A DNA stretch of 64,000 nucleotides from the NCBI GenBank assembly GCA_905331295.1, contig CAJNYD010000496.1:62001-126000 (forward strand), given 5' to 3'. Position numbers and translations under genes: made by a program. The stretch is from Rotaria socialis. Its lineage: Eukaryota. This document shows, in pieces, positions 40,552 through 53,267 of the stretch. The stretch's first letter is position 1, and each line of letters starts with the position of its first letter. A model generated the notes under the pieces. The model saw nothing but the letters and a program-made list of their open reading frames with translations, ran no database searches and was not told the DNA's origin.

Positions 40552-41600
40552 TGGATTTATCTAGATCAAGATCTGTTACTTGACTACAGTTGAAATATGT
40601 TGTATCAATGGTAAAATTGTTTGTTATCATTGTGAGTAATTCATAGTTGATTCATACATTTAATAAACGAGGTAGATGAGTAATTTTTTCGAAGAGAAAT
40701 TGTTTAGCATAATCTACATTTGTGAATTTCGGATCAAGAAGTTTAAGATGAAATGTAATCAATGTCGTAGATGAATAATGCTTGTCTTTTTGTTGTTTAT
40801 CATTACGTATGTGTAAGATTTCAAGAAAAAGTAAATCTGGAAATATAAGCTGAAAGAAATAATGTTCAAAAGGGTGTTCATCAATCATTGTCACACATAA
40901 AACTATGAAAGATACCTCCTGGAAAAGAAATATTTACGTCAGGTAAATATTCAAATTGACATGGAAGTGAATAGATATGACATTTTGCTTTGAACATACT
41001 TAAATGAATATTGACATATGAACTAACTTGTTGATATCCTCTTCCGATGCCACTGCGTTGAATATCTTTATTCGATGAAACATTTATTTTAGTTGTATAT
41101 CTACAGACAAGTGTTTGAATACTAAACGTAAATTTGTTCAAATTCGTCATATGAAAAAGCTGCTAGTGCAATCCCTGTGGGATTAAAATGTGAAACACGA
41201 TGAAGCTCCTCTTCTGGAATCCGTCTACCACGATCTGTGATGGTCTGTGGATCTTCTCTGTCACGGTCTGTATTATGATGTACTGAGTCTCTAGAGACCA
41301 TCACAGACCGTTACAGACACTTCAGAAACCATCACAGACCGTGACAGAGAAACTAATTCACCAGCTAACTAATTAATTGATTTCTCTGTCCCGGTCTGTG
41401 GGGGTGGATGGGTCCAAATTTCTACCCTATATACTTTAACACTCCTTTCAGATCGTGTTTCACAAAAGAACTTAATTATATAATTGAATATCATCAATAT
41501 AATTTTCATTCTTCTAGATTTATCATTCGACAAATGGGAAAATTGAAGTATCATAATGATTTGTGTATAAAAATGCAACCAATGACAATGCAAAGAATAT
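40552..41600 (-). pseudogene. F-box/LRR-like lineage-expanded protein, C-terminal part, degraded
   Basis: Consecutive frameshifted ORFs: MINLEE, LNKFTFSIQT, CHIYSLP, FPGGIF, DEHPFEHYFF, VDYAKQFLF, HLPRL, TNNFT. Family assignment is by recollection of bdelloid F-box-type proteins. Confidence 0.65.
41159..41463 (-). mobile_element. Helentron-like non-autonomous element inserted in a T run
   Basis: Minus strand: TTTT|GTGAAACACGAT ... ATCGTGTTTCAC sub-TIR, then hairpin AATCCC-ACA-GGGATT, CTAG and TTTTT; interrupts the pseudogene; internal CATCACAGAC repeats. Confidence 0.7.
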
Positions 41601-42460
41601 TAGCATTCAAAATATTTATCTGAGTAGTTTTTTTATATATCAAAATTATAATAGAAATTTACAGCACATATACAGTTTTCTGAGGGCTACCGAATGTTGT
41701 GAAAACGTGAACAAAAATACTCTGCGCTTAAATGTTTGTAAGGACAATACTATTAAAAGTCTATGTGAAAATGAATTTCTAGTATTGTATGATGAATGCG
41801 GTCTCTAATACCGATCATAGAACGCGCGCCATATTTTGTGCACAGATAGAGCTTTTTGAGAACTAGAAAAAGGTGCTCAAATGTCTTGAAAAGTATTTTG
41901 TATTTGAAAGGTTTTAATGGTTCGAGTGGAAACAATTAATCAAACTCAAAGGACGACTCAGTTCTCTGGTTTTATTCAAATGGTTGTTGTAAGGTTGTGG
42001 GTTCTATGTGAAGGTTTGGGAAATGGATAATGCGCATGCCAAAGATGGTATTCTGAGGTCACGTGATATACAATGCACTAGTGTCTGACGTATTTTATTA
42101 TTGTTTCTCATGTATAAACTAACTGATAGGTTTAATTTCATTTTCTATGTTGACATATGAGTTCATGTAACATTAAGAAAAGCTTAGTTCTTATTTGAAA
42201 CTATAGAGATGTCTCATAGTTTAACAAAATAAAGAAAACTCGTGATGAAATTTTTAAAAGTACTTCATATCTTAGTAATATTTATGAACTATGACATCTG
42301 CAGATACATTTAGATGATGAATACTAAATTATAGTGATAATCAATCGATCATTTAGATTACAAAAACCCTGTTAATACATTTATATACAAATTGAATTGT
42401 GTTAATTATACATGTCTCTCTCTTGTTTTCCTTTTGCCAGTGTTGACATAGTACTATTCA

Positions 42461-42591
42461 AAGGGGGAAAAGCGTGACTTCCGTACTTCCATGTACCTCA
42501 CTTGTACTCTCTCGTACTACCTTGTACTCCCTAGTACTTCCATTCTACTCCCATCGGACTTCGCAGTACGAAAGTCGCAGTTTTCCCCCTT
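42461..42591. mobile_element. Small AAGG..CCTT MITE (copy 2)
   Basis: AAGGGGGAAAAGCGTGACTTCCGTACT / AGTACGAAAGTCGCAGTTTTCCCCCTT with internal GTACT repeats. Confidence 0.75.
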
Positions 42592-44206
42592 AGTACTGCT
42601 ACATATGTATATTGTATATTCCACCGATGTGTGCTTTAGTTATCTGAGGTATTTTTGTCTATTGTTTTCTCTTGATTTTTCCTCTGCTTGAGTTTCTTAT
42701 GTTAAATTTAGCACTTTGTGTATTTTCGTAGATATCCTATATAAGATCTTGAAATATTCTATATATCTCAACCTATACATATCTACTGATAATAAACATG
42801 CCACTGAAAATTTATTTCGATTTTAAAAACAATGACAAATTTTGTCGCAATACAACAATATAAAAACTAATCAGAATCGGACAGCGAAATGGAAACTGAC
42901 CAGAAAAATATTTAAAAAAAGAAAAGAATTCGACGTAAATTTCAATGAATAAAAGACAGAAAACTTCTCAAATACAACACAACCATACAATTAAATTTTT
43001 TACTTACATATCTATGTTTCTTTACTTAACAGTATATTTACGTAGAGATTTATAATATTTTGTCAAGAAAATCAAACTTTTTCACTTAGAATTTAAATAA
43101 AATACTTAGCAAAAAGTTGAATTTTTTACTTAGTTCTTCTTAAAAGTTACTTAGCATTTAAATGGGAGCCATTTTATTTCTATGATATTCATTCACTCTT
43201 ACTATACAAAAAGTAGCAACTATGGATATTATATAGAATAATTGGATGTTCATATCGTGAAAAACACGCAATTTGTTAACATGTCGTAATCACAAATATT
43301 TTTCTTTTTCATAGAAAAGTGTTCACTTTGATGATATCATATAATGCTATAATTTGCATATTATTCGAAAGAAAACATTGAGCTTTATCGATGGACATGA
43401 TTTTCAATGATAACAAAGCATTTCTATAGCATTAACTCCTTCAAAAAAAAGGTAGAGTTCTTAATCACTTCTTAAATGATAATACGCATGAAAAAGTAAT
43501 CTGTATCTTCCAAAGGTCTAAATTAGGTGTTAGTAGAAAAGTGTCACATCCTATCGAACAGTGAAATAGGATAACATGTTGCTATCTCATTCTTCATCTC
43601 ACTGAATCGATGAAAATGAATGGTCTATATCTGTTTATGGAATACATATTTCAAGTAATAGATGTTCCTATAGTAATTCTTTAGCAGTGCAAAAGCTCAG
43701 TCGTGTTCATCTTATTTTATGTTTGTTTTATTTTTTGGGTTGGTTCTGCGTAGAGCATAGACAATCGTTGACGACATCTATCAATCGTATGTACCCAAAT
43801 AATATATTCTTCATTATTTAGTTGATAGCCAATCAAAAACGAAACATAATATATATATACATTTATATTTGTAAGAGTGGTTTTGGTAGTATCCAACGGC
43901 TCTCTATTCATTAGCAATCAAAAATTTCTATCGTCCTCATATAAATTGCCGCACTCATTCTCTGAGTTTAACTATATTTGAACAAAACTGATCAATACGA
44001 AAAACAGTAGGGTTTTTAACTTGAAGAATTTATCAACTGTTATGATTGCCAAGTTACTCTGCATTTTACTGTCAGTTTAATATCATGTTAATAGATCAAA
44101 GCTAAAAAGAAAAATACGCAAATAATAAGTATGTTGATAATTGATGTAACTGAAGATATTCACACTCATATGTATATGTAATATTTATTATTAATTCTAG
44201 ATATAT

Positions 44207-45072
44207 ATGTTTCGTCTTGTTACTACACGTATTATATCTACTGGTAGAATAATAATAAAGTCTCCAGGATGTTTATCATATCCACCACATCGTTTTCTAC
44301 CAAATTCTGTATCTCAATCGAATGGAGATGTAACCACTTCGACAATGCCATTAGTTGATAGAAACAAAAATGAAGCATCTAGTCGAACAAAGTATGATTG
44401 TTTTAGTCTACTAACAATATTTTTATTCGGATTTCTGGGAAGTTTTTGGTAAATAGCACTTGTCTTTTTGTTTTGTTTTGTTTTAGTAAATCACCAATTG
44501 TCCCAAAGATTTATACTCGCAGAGGAGATCGAGGTACATCCACTCTATTGAGCTCTGGTGCGAATCGTCTATCAAAAGATTCATTAATATTTGATGTCTT
44601 GGGCACTATCGATGAACTATCATCAACCATTGGTATTGTTATTTCGAGTTGTCCTTTCCCTCAAATATTAAAACAATTAGAAAATATTCAATGTGCTCTA
44701 TTCGAAATCGGTTCGTGTGTTGCTGCTGAGAATTGTTCATCTCATTTTGAATTCAATGACGCAATATTAATAAAACATTTAGAAGAAGATATTGATAAAA
44801 TGACTGCAGAATTGCCAGAGCTACGTAATTTTATTTTACCTGGTGGTTCTAGTAAAATAGCTTCGCATGTTCATTTTTCGAGAGCTGTCTGTCGTAGATG
44901 CGAACGTTTATTAACAAAATGGACAAATAATAAAATTCAAGAGAATCAATCACAACAAGAAACAATTATGGGAATCTATTTAAATAGACTTAGTGATTAT
45001 TTATTTACATTAGGACGATATGTAGCATATAAAGACGGGCATAAAGAAATAATATATCATAAAAGCAAATAA
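44207..45072 (+). CDS. MMAB: Corrinoid adenosyltransferase (PduO type), mitochondrial, 256 aa
   Basis: Exons 44207-44391 and 44487-45072; presequence, KIYTRRGDRG, GTIDELSS, FILPGG, RAVCRRCER, NRLSDYLF. Confidence 0.93.
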
Positions 45073-45117
45073 ATAAATTTTTAATTAAAAATCCTATCTT
45101 ATTTTTAATTCTTTCAG

Positions 45118-45507
45118 ATGTCATCTATAGGCTTGCTCGTATCTCGTCTTCGTTATCCTTTTTTCCGTCGTTATTTAACGATACAAACGTCAAATGTTAA
45201 ACCAAAAAGTGATTTACCTTCGAATTTACAAAAGTCAAATGATCCAACAGTTATGCCAATACTAAATCCGAATGATTTACCAGAAGCTGAACAAATATAT
45301 ATAAAACGTTTTGAAGAACGACATATGAGGAATGTTGAAAGACGCACAAGAGAACGACGACGAGCACGAATTATTGGTTTATCGTTTGGTGCTTTAGCTA
45401 TTGGTATTTATATTTATACAATTAAACGTGTTCGACAAGAAACTTTTTTGGATGATTTTGATGTACCTGAACCACCACCACAAAAGAAAGCAATCGAACA
45501 CGAATAA
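45118..45507 (+). CDS. COA3: Cytochrome c oxidase assembly factor 3 (CCDC56)-like
   Basis: Basic stretch, one TM (IIGLSFGALAIGIYIYTI), then VRQETFLDDFD matching the COA3 'QE.FLD' signature. Confidence 0.82.
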   Translation: MSSIGLLVSRLRYPFFRRYLTIQTSNVKPKSDLPSNLQKSNDPTVMPILNPNDLPEAEQIYIKRFEERHMRNVERRTRERRRARIIGLSFGALAIGIYIYTIKRVRQETFLDDFDVPEPPPQKKAIEHE

Positions 45508-46231
45508 AGTTTTCTTTTTTACGTTTTCCATTGAAAATAAAACTTAGTTAACTAATATCAACATTTTATTATGATCTCTTTCGATTTTTATAACACAGAA
45601 ACTTGACAATAGATGAAATGAAATCTGCAAGAATAGAGTTTTTCTTAATATCGACTAACTTTTCATCGGTGTTCAAACTTTTTACAAGTAATAATACTGA
45701 TAATAAGGTCATTAATCGCGAACGAAACGCCTAGTTTAGAATGCTATAAAAAGTCAGCATATAAGTTATGAGAAGAACCAATACATTAGTTCAAGAAGAA
45801 AATCATAGTTGAAAATGAACGATGTTAGCAGATGAGCTTTGTTTAATTTCAAAATAATAAAAAAAGAAGTCGTAGACGATACTGAAAAGATCAAATATGG
45901 AAATTGTTTTGGACATGATCTTAGTATTGATGCCTTCAATCAATAAACTCAGAGGTTGAAAATGATTTTGTTACTCAAATTTCTATATCAAAATTTTGCA
46001 TTTGAGATCGATATCTAGTATGGTAATCATCAGTAAGCGTATCAAAAAACAAACGTTTTCTTAGCTTGAATTTCGTTCAATATAAAAAATTTAGTAAGAG
46101 AAACTTTTGTTTTTCTTTCTAAGTTATTTTTAAACTGAGAAATTAATAGAACACTGAGAAAGAATCTTAGTCACTATTACATTAAGATTGCTCAAGATTT
46201 TTTTATTATATTTTAGATTGTATTGATTTTA

Positions 46232-47007
46232 ATGTTTCAATTAACATTATGTATTTTGAAACCAGATATTGTTCGATCACCACATCTGTTTAATGTACGT
46301 GTAAATTGAGGTAATTTTTCGTGACTATTCTGATGTTTTTATTATCGATATTGTTTTTCTCTTAGGAAATAATTACATTAATATTGAAACGTCAATTTAT
46401 TTTTGTTAAAAGTAAACGTTTACAATTAAGGCGTGAACGTGCTGGGGAATTTTATCGAGAACATCAAGGTTGATTTTTGATTTGTTTTCATTATCTATTA
46501 AATGTTATGTTATTTAGAAAAATTTTTCTATAGTCGACTTGTTCATTATATGAGTTGGTACGTTCATTTATATTTCAACTAAATTTTGAATTATTTTTTA
46601 TTAATGTAGTGGACCAATCTCATGCCATATTCTTGGACGAGAAAATGCTATCAAAGAATGGAGATCAATGCTTGGCCCAACGAAAGTATACAAGTAATAA
46701 TCTTTGTGAAATGAATGAATTTTCATTGAAATGTATTTTTTAGAACGATATTTGAAGCAGAAAATACAATAAGAGGTCAACATGGTGTAACTGATACAAG
46801 AAACTGCGGTCATGGATCAGGTATAGATATAATGCATTTTATTTCATTCTATTGATTTATATATATGAAATAGATTCAGTTGAAACAGCGCAACGTGAAA
46901 TTAATTTTTTCTTTCCTGAATTTGACATACAATCATTATCGAAATATGAAAATATGTTAACAAACAAATCGATATTTAACAAAGACACTCTGGAGCATCA
47001 ATTATAA
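46232..47007 (+). CDS. NME6: Nucleoside diphosphate kinase 6, 6 short exons (absent from the ORF track)
   Basis: Spliced: MFQLTLCILKPD..FYREHQEKFFYSRLVHYMSCGP..AIKEWRSMLGPTKVYK..IRGQHGVTDTRNCGHGSDSVETAQREINFFFPEF. Confidence 0.9.
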
Positions 47008-49091
47008 TCTTGTTCTTTTTTTGAAGAAGACATAGACAAATGAAATTTTTTCTTGATATTTCAGTTTTATAATCTATATTATCAAGTAAAGCAGTTGATT
47101 GTTATAGATATTCAAAGTAACAATATTATCATACTATCAGATGAATGTTATGAAAGAAAGTGAAATAATTCTTTAATTGTTATTACTATAATAGTTAATC
47201 GTCTCGAATAAAACACGATACGTAATAATTTTTTAAATCAGGAGTTGAGTATGAAATTTTGACTGAAAAATCAGGAGAGAAAATACCACATGTTTATCGA
47301 AATCATAAAACTGATACTGTTTGCTCATATAGTTAATGGATATTTTCTGTTGTTAAGTTAGTGATAGGTAAATTTTTGTCTAAATGTGATATGAAAAAAA
47401 TAGACAACGATAATCGCATCTATTCTATATCACTAGTGATTTCACAGGCTTTCAAAATGTGTAAAAATAAATTACAAAGTAAATTTTTTTGTTGCTCGTT
47501 GTGTCCATTAGATAGCCTGATTTATTATTTATCTTGTCTGGTCGTAGTGACAAAAAACGAGGTTCTTCTCTTTCAATCAGAAGATTTTACAGCTCGGATA
47601 AACAGTGCAAAGGTCAATATAGTAAAGATAAAAACACGAAGGTACATAAGATTTTTATAGAAAGGTGTATGAACATTTTGTTGGTGTGGATGAATATCTT
47701 AGTTTTCGTCTGATTCTCATTCAGATCCACAACCTATCACATATCTTGTCTATGATTCAGTTTCTACTCTGATGATTCATCAATCCCCAAAAGATGATGT
47801 TCTTGTCAATTACATTGTTCAGTTTCTATTGTAATATCAGTAGCACTGAGTTTTAAAATAAAAATTGCACATTTTATGATTGAAACATAGTCGATTGTTT
47901 CGGTTTTTAACTAATACGAAATAAAATATATAGTATATCAATCCATCATTCTGAGTAGTTTGTCTTAAACCGAAGAAACGAAGTAATCTTAGAATTACAA
48001 TTTTAGAACACAAGAAACACATAAAGAGGCTGATTTCCCTAGCAATCGAAATGGGTACATGTCGAACAATAAAGAAAATAGCAGCGAAGCAATGACACGG
48101 TATAGATAATTCCAAAAAGATAGAGTACTTTATTTGACTATAAAATTAAAATAATAGAAGTAACAATAATAATAATAATAATAATAATAAAGAAGATCTT
48201 TCAACTATAAATCTTAATCAGTTGCGATACTTTTGATAGAAGAATAAAATTTATTGATGTCATATTTAATATATTAGTGATATATCTTATGTTAAATTCG
48301 ATAGATCTAGCTACTTTGAATAAGATCTTAGCTTGAATCATGCTATTGTACGGAGTATATAAATGTATCAAATAAGAATCACCTCGCAATATGTGTGGCT
48401 AGTGTTTTTTTTCTTTATTAACAAGTAGTATTTCCAAAAAAGATCCAAAATTTTACTTGAAAATTTATTTGTATTTAGTTTTGAGCATTTCAGAGGCAAT
48501 CATTAGTTTTATCATAGTTTTATTAATTGTTATTCTAATTAAATTAAATAAAAAAAACTCTTAATTCATCTTTTATAGAAGAGTAGTTTGAAGTTCTAGT
48601 TATTCTATCCTTTCTCCTATTGGTCATGTGTCATTAATATAAGTATCAGTCGTATGATACACTTCTACAATATTTTAACCTTCGTATTTCTTTTTTGATG
48701 ATTTTGATTGAAACAAATATAGTGATATTTTGTAAAATGCTGACCAAACAAAGTACTCTTTTAGATTGCACTTTAATTTAATAAACTGAAATTAATTCAA
48801 GGTAGTCTTTTTACTTTGACTGGTGAACTGAAGACATTCGTTCTTTTTTTTCCCCCGTTTTGCACCTGATCAACCGCTTCTTTTTCCGCATTATCGCACA
48901 AATATACAATCGGTATTTTTTCTTTCGTCACGATACGATACACATTTGATCTGCTGACACAACCTGTACGACATGCAATAGATCACCGTTATTTGATTAG
49001 GGGAAAAGTAATTCTTATGAAATTTTCAGATAAAATGATTTTTGGCTTGCCAAGTCTTCTATTCAGATCATTTTTTTCTAGTTTTCGTAAT

Positions 49092-49972
49092 ATGTCTTCA
49101 GCTGTACCAGTTCAAACGCCAAATGCTGCACAAAATTTGGATCAAAATGAACTTTATTCAATTGGTTCTAACTTTTGGAATGTTCGTGGTCGTTTTAAAA
49201 TTTTAAAATTTATTGATATTGAAACGCAAATGTCCATAGTAAAGTTACAAAATGGGAATTTTCTAGTTATTGATACAGTTGAGATGAACGATCGCCTTCG
49301 ACAAGAAATCGATCATTTAACAAATAATGGAGAAAAGATTGAAGCTGTTATTGGTACTCATCCATTTCATACATTATCGTTTCCAGCTTTTTATCAAACA
49401 TATCCTAAAGCAAATTATTATGGAACACCAAGACATTTACGTCGAATAACAGAAATTCCATGGAAAGGAAGTCTTGATGATAGTAATGTCAGAAAAAAAT
49501 GGGAACCAGATGTTGAAATGCGTATTCCAGCAGGTATTTGTTGAAATAGATAGTTTTTGAAATGAAATAAATATTCGTTTTAATTTTAGGAGCTGAATTT
49601 ATTAATCCTCAGCCTGAATCAACAAATCATTTTATAAGTGTTTTTGTTTATCATCCAGCATCTCGTACTCTTCATGTAGATGATACAATTATGTATGCTG
49701 AAAAGCCAGGATTTTTACTTAAATTATTTGGTTATAAAGATGGTGCAGTGGCATTTCATCCCTCGATTAAAAGTTCTGGCCTGTATCCAACAAGTGATGC
49801 GCCATATTTATTTCGTGATTGGATGCGTAATATGCTACGAGATTGGCCTTTCGAAAATATTTGTTGTGCACATATCGGTGTGAAAATGGGCGGAGCACAT
49901 GCTGATGTTACCACATTACTTAATAATGCTGAGCCTTTATTTGCTAAACTTAGTGAAAGAAATCGAAAATAG
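49092..49972 (+). CDS. Metallo-beta-lactamase-fold (DUF4336-like) protein of microbial type, 2 exons
   Basis: Exons 49092-49533 and 49590-49972; FWNVRGRFK, THPFHT, YGTPRH, RTLHVDDT, ICCAH; the frame continues past TAG to TGA at 50041. Confidence 0.75.
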
Positions 49973-50718
49973 AATTCCAGTGATGAAATACCATCTTCTA
50001 ATCGTCCGGATATGAACATTAGTGGAAACGAATGTGGATGATTCTACGTATTTCTATGTTTGCTTTTCAATAGAAACTAGTTACATATCACTTTTATTCT
50101 AGTAGCATTAAATAATGAGTTTTTGTCTGCCGTTGATATTTATATCTCATCAAGAGAAATACTTGTAAATAATGTAATAATAAATCAGCAAAAATAAACG
50201 AAATATGTTTTGTTAAATGCTTAGTAAATATGATCAAAATACGAAACAGTCAAAATGCCAAAAAACATGTATCAAGTATTCTGGAGTTATGATCATTTAA
50301 CTCAGTTTTAGCTCTATTGCAGGATATTATAAATATAAAAACTGAATCATAGAATTTTTGTCTAACATGACATGAGCTCTTGTTTTCGCTGTCGCTTACA
50401 TTTGATGTTGAAAGAAACAAAACAATTGAATTTTTAGTAAAATTTCTAAAACAGAAATTCTTGAAATTCCTCTCTCGAATTATTACTATTTATCTTTTGT
50501 TTCATTACACCAATCATTAGCGAACGAAAGAAAATAATATCGAACATAGTGGACGACGACAAAACGTATGTTTATCATATACATATATAGTATTGCATTT
50601 TCTCTTAAAATGACACTGATCATTGAACAAAAATAAACAACGAACTCATATTTTGTTGTATCTGATATATATACACGTGCATAATTGTTTCGTTTATCGT
50701 CATCGATACATTTTATCA

Positions 50719-51324
50719 ATGCAACTGTCAAATGGTTCATTGTTGTCAACAGACAATGAGTATATGCCATGCATTCTTAACAACCGATCGCGGCTACTTA
50801 GTGATGCTATAGCTGCATGGCTCACTAATTTTGTTCTTGTGCATATTTATGTTGCTTTATTGTTTTTTTGTGCTGTTTTTTCTCTTTGTTCTTCTTACTG
50901 TCGTCGTTTCATTCGGGCCATCAGAAAACATGTCAACTCATCGTCATATCAACAAGAAGAACTGAATGTATCCAAATTTACATTGTTGATTCAGCAACTG
51001 GCCGTGATACTCATTTATGTTCTACTTGCTTTTCTCTTTAAATGGTTCGGATTGGGTAATAATAATTATTCAATAACGTCTATGCACTTTTATCGTTGGG
51101 TTACAGAAGTGTCGCAGCTTCCAGCTCTTTTTCTTGCTTTCTTTTTTATGTACTATTTAGAATTAATGGAGCAAAATATGGATAGATATCAATTTTTTTT
51201 CGTCATGGAAATCATACTCAAAGCTTCATTATTCGTCGTGATGCGTTATTCTGAACATCAACCTAACTTTTTTGTCAATAGACTAAAATATTTGTCTGTT
51301 TTAATAGTTTGTGGAGAGTTGTAG
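50719..51324 (+). CDS. Hypothetical multi-pass membrane protein
   Basis: 201-codon ATG ORF with about four hydrophobic segments; no recognised family; may be truncated. Confidence 0.5.
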   Translation: MQLSNGSLLSTDNEYMPCILNNRSRLLSDAIAAWLTNFVLVHIYVALLFFCAVFSLCSSYCRRFIRAIRKHVNSSSYQQEELNVSKFTLLIQQLAVILIYVLLAFLFKWFGLGNNNYSITSMHFYRWVTEVSQLPALFLAFFFMYYLELMEQNMDRYQFFFVMEIILKASLFVVMRYSEHQPNFFVNRLKYLSVLIVCGEL

Positions 51325-51828
51325 AGAATCCAAAGATGCCGTGTTTCATACAAAATTGTTTGTTCTATAATAATATTCTTTAAAATAAATTGTATGATTA
51401 CTCTAAATGCTGTGAAGTCTTTTTTCTGAAGTGTATCTAAAACAGTTTTGCATGCCTTTTATTATTTTTCTTCGAAACCATTCTCTCTATTCAAATGACT
51501 ATTTGGATTACCTGCTGGAATTAAATCAAACAGAAAACGTTTAAAATAAAGCAGACTGAACAATTGTAATACTCACTGCATAGGCCAAGCTGGAAGTTGG
51601 GCTCTATCGATGTGACTGTTAGAGTAAAATAGATGATTTATACTTGGAGCTTCCATTGAACTCAATTGTCAAATTCTAATGAAGTGCCAAAATAAGTTGA
51701 ACTTCGAAAATGATGTAAAAAATGATTGAGTCGAAATTGGAACTTGTCGTTTTACTGGTACGTGCTAGTCGAAACAGCTGGTCTCTGCATGGCATTCACT
51801 TATATTTACTTGATTCAATCGTATGTTT

Positions 51829-52251
51829 CAGAGTTGGAACCGGTCCGGCTGGTCACCACCGGTTTTTGCCGGTTGAAAATTTTTTTATAGATCTGCCATT
51901 TTTTCCTTGCGAAAACTATTAATAACAATTTTTCATGCTTTTATCAAAGTAACCGTTGAATTTCATGAAAAAAAAAAGTTTCATTGTTGAAAAATAAAGT
52001 CAAAGCTTTATTTCCTGGGTCTAATTTATTTCATAACATTATTTTTAAAGATTGAATTTAATTTGAAATATTATTCATCGAGAAATGCTAGGCCTTTTTC
52101 GAATTATCACGTACTACAAAGAAATTCCGCCTGTCATTCATTTTTTATGTGAAAAAAATATTGTAAACTTGCCGGTTTTCACCCGTGTGGAAAATGTTTT
52201 GGACCGGCCGGACCGGACCGGTCTTAAAATTTTAGACCGGTTCCAACTCTG
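51829..52251. mobile_element. hAT-like MITE
   Basis: 17-bp perfect TIR CAGAGTTGGAACCGGTC; perfect 8-bp TSD GTATGTTT; ACCGG repeats. Confidence 0.95.
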
Positions 52252-53267
52252 GTATGTTTCTCAAAGGTCGATTATAGCAACGATAAATGAAGACAAATAT
52301 CAAAGTGAAGAAAAACATAAGAAATCTCTTACAGATATTAAAAGATTTTCCTTTTTTCTTATGAAAAGTAGGTTTCATAATATTGGAAGAGGTCGATATT
52401 GATATACATATTGAGATTACTGAATAACATTAGAGCAACATAATCAACATGCAATTGTTCAAGTGCTCTTCTAGAAGTTATTTTCCGTATCAAGTTAATA
52501 TTGATAGAGCGAACGCTTTTTAGGAATATCTGTGCTCCATTGTTTATATCTCGTTCATTTCAAAAACGAATAAAATCTTTGTTTTTCAATCACGAAAAAG
52601 AGAACTCTTTTCTGCTGCATCTACTCCTCCTATAAAACGAGCACTTGCAACCATCTCAATAATTCAACTATTACCTGTATACAATAAAATATTGGTTTTA
52701 ACTGCTATGTTGTTAAAATACAGTATTTGCTCGTTTATCTTTTAACGAGATAAAGCGAGTGCTCAACAAAAAGGCATTAATAAAGTAAACTCCCAAATGA
52801 TTTCACCCCGAGATAAATTCCTCTTCAGTATAAAAACAGTTATTAAAATGAACTGAGAAAATTATTAGTATATTTAATTTATAGAAAGATGATTTATAAT
52901 CAATAGTGTAGTTAAAATAAGTATGGACATAAACGTCGGTACGTATTTATTTATCTTATACCAACGCTCACTATCGCGCATCTACAGATTCATTTATGTG
53001 CATTTTATTCAAAGAAGACAACTTTGTTGATCAAAAGATCAAGACGTGAATGATTAATGTCGCGTTTGAATTATCTTTGCACTAGGACATTTCTATTATC
53101 GCATAGAAAGAGTTGCAATATTATTTGTCATTTTAAATAAAAAAGGGTAAACATTTTGTTTTGCCATTTGCTTCGTTTTTTCCTCCGTCTCTCTTGAACT
53201 GCGAAGTATCTATCAATATAAAAGAAACGAGGGCCAGAAATTCACTGAATAAATCATAAAATTTTAT

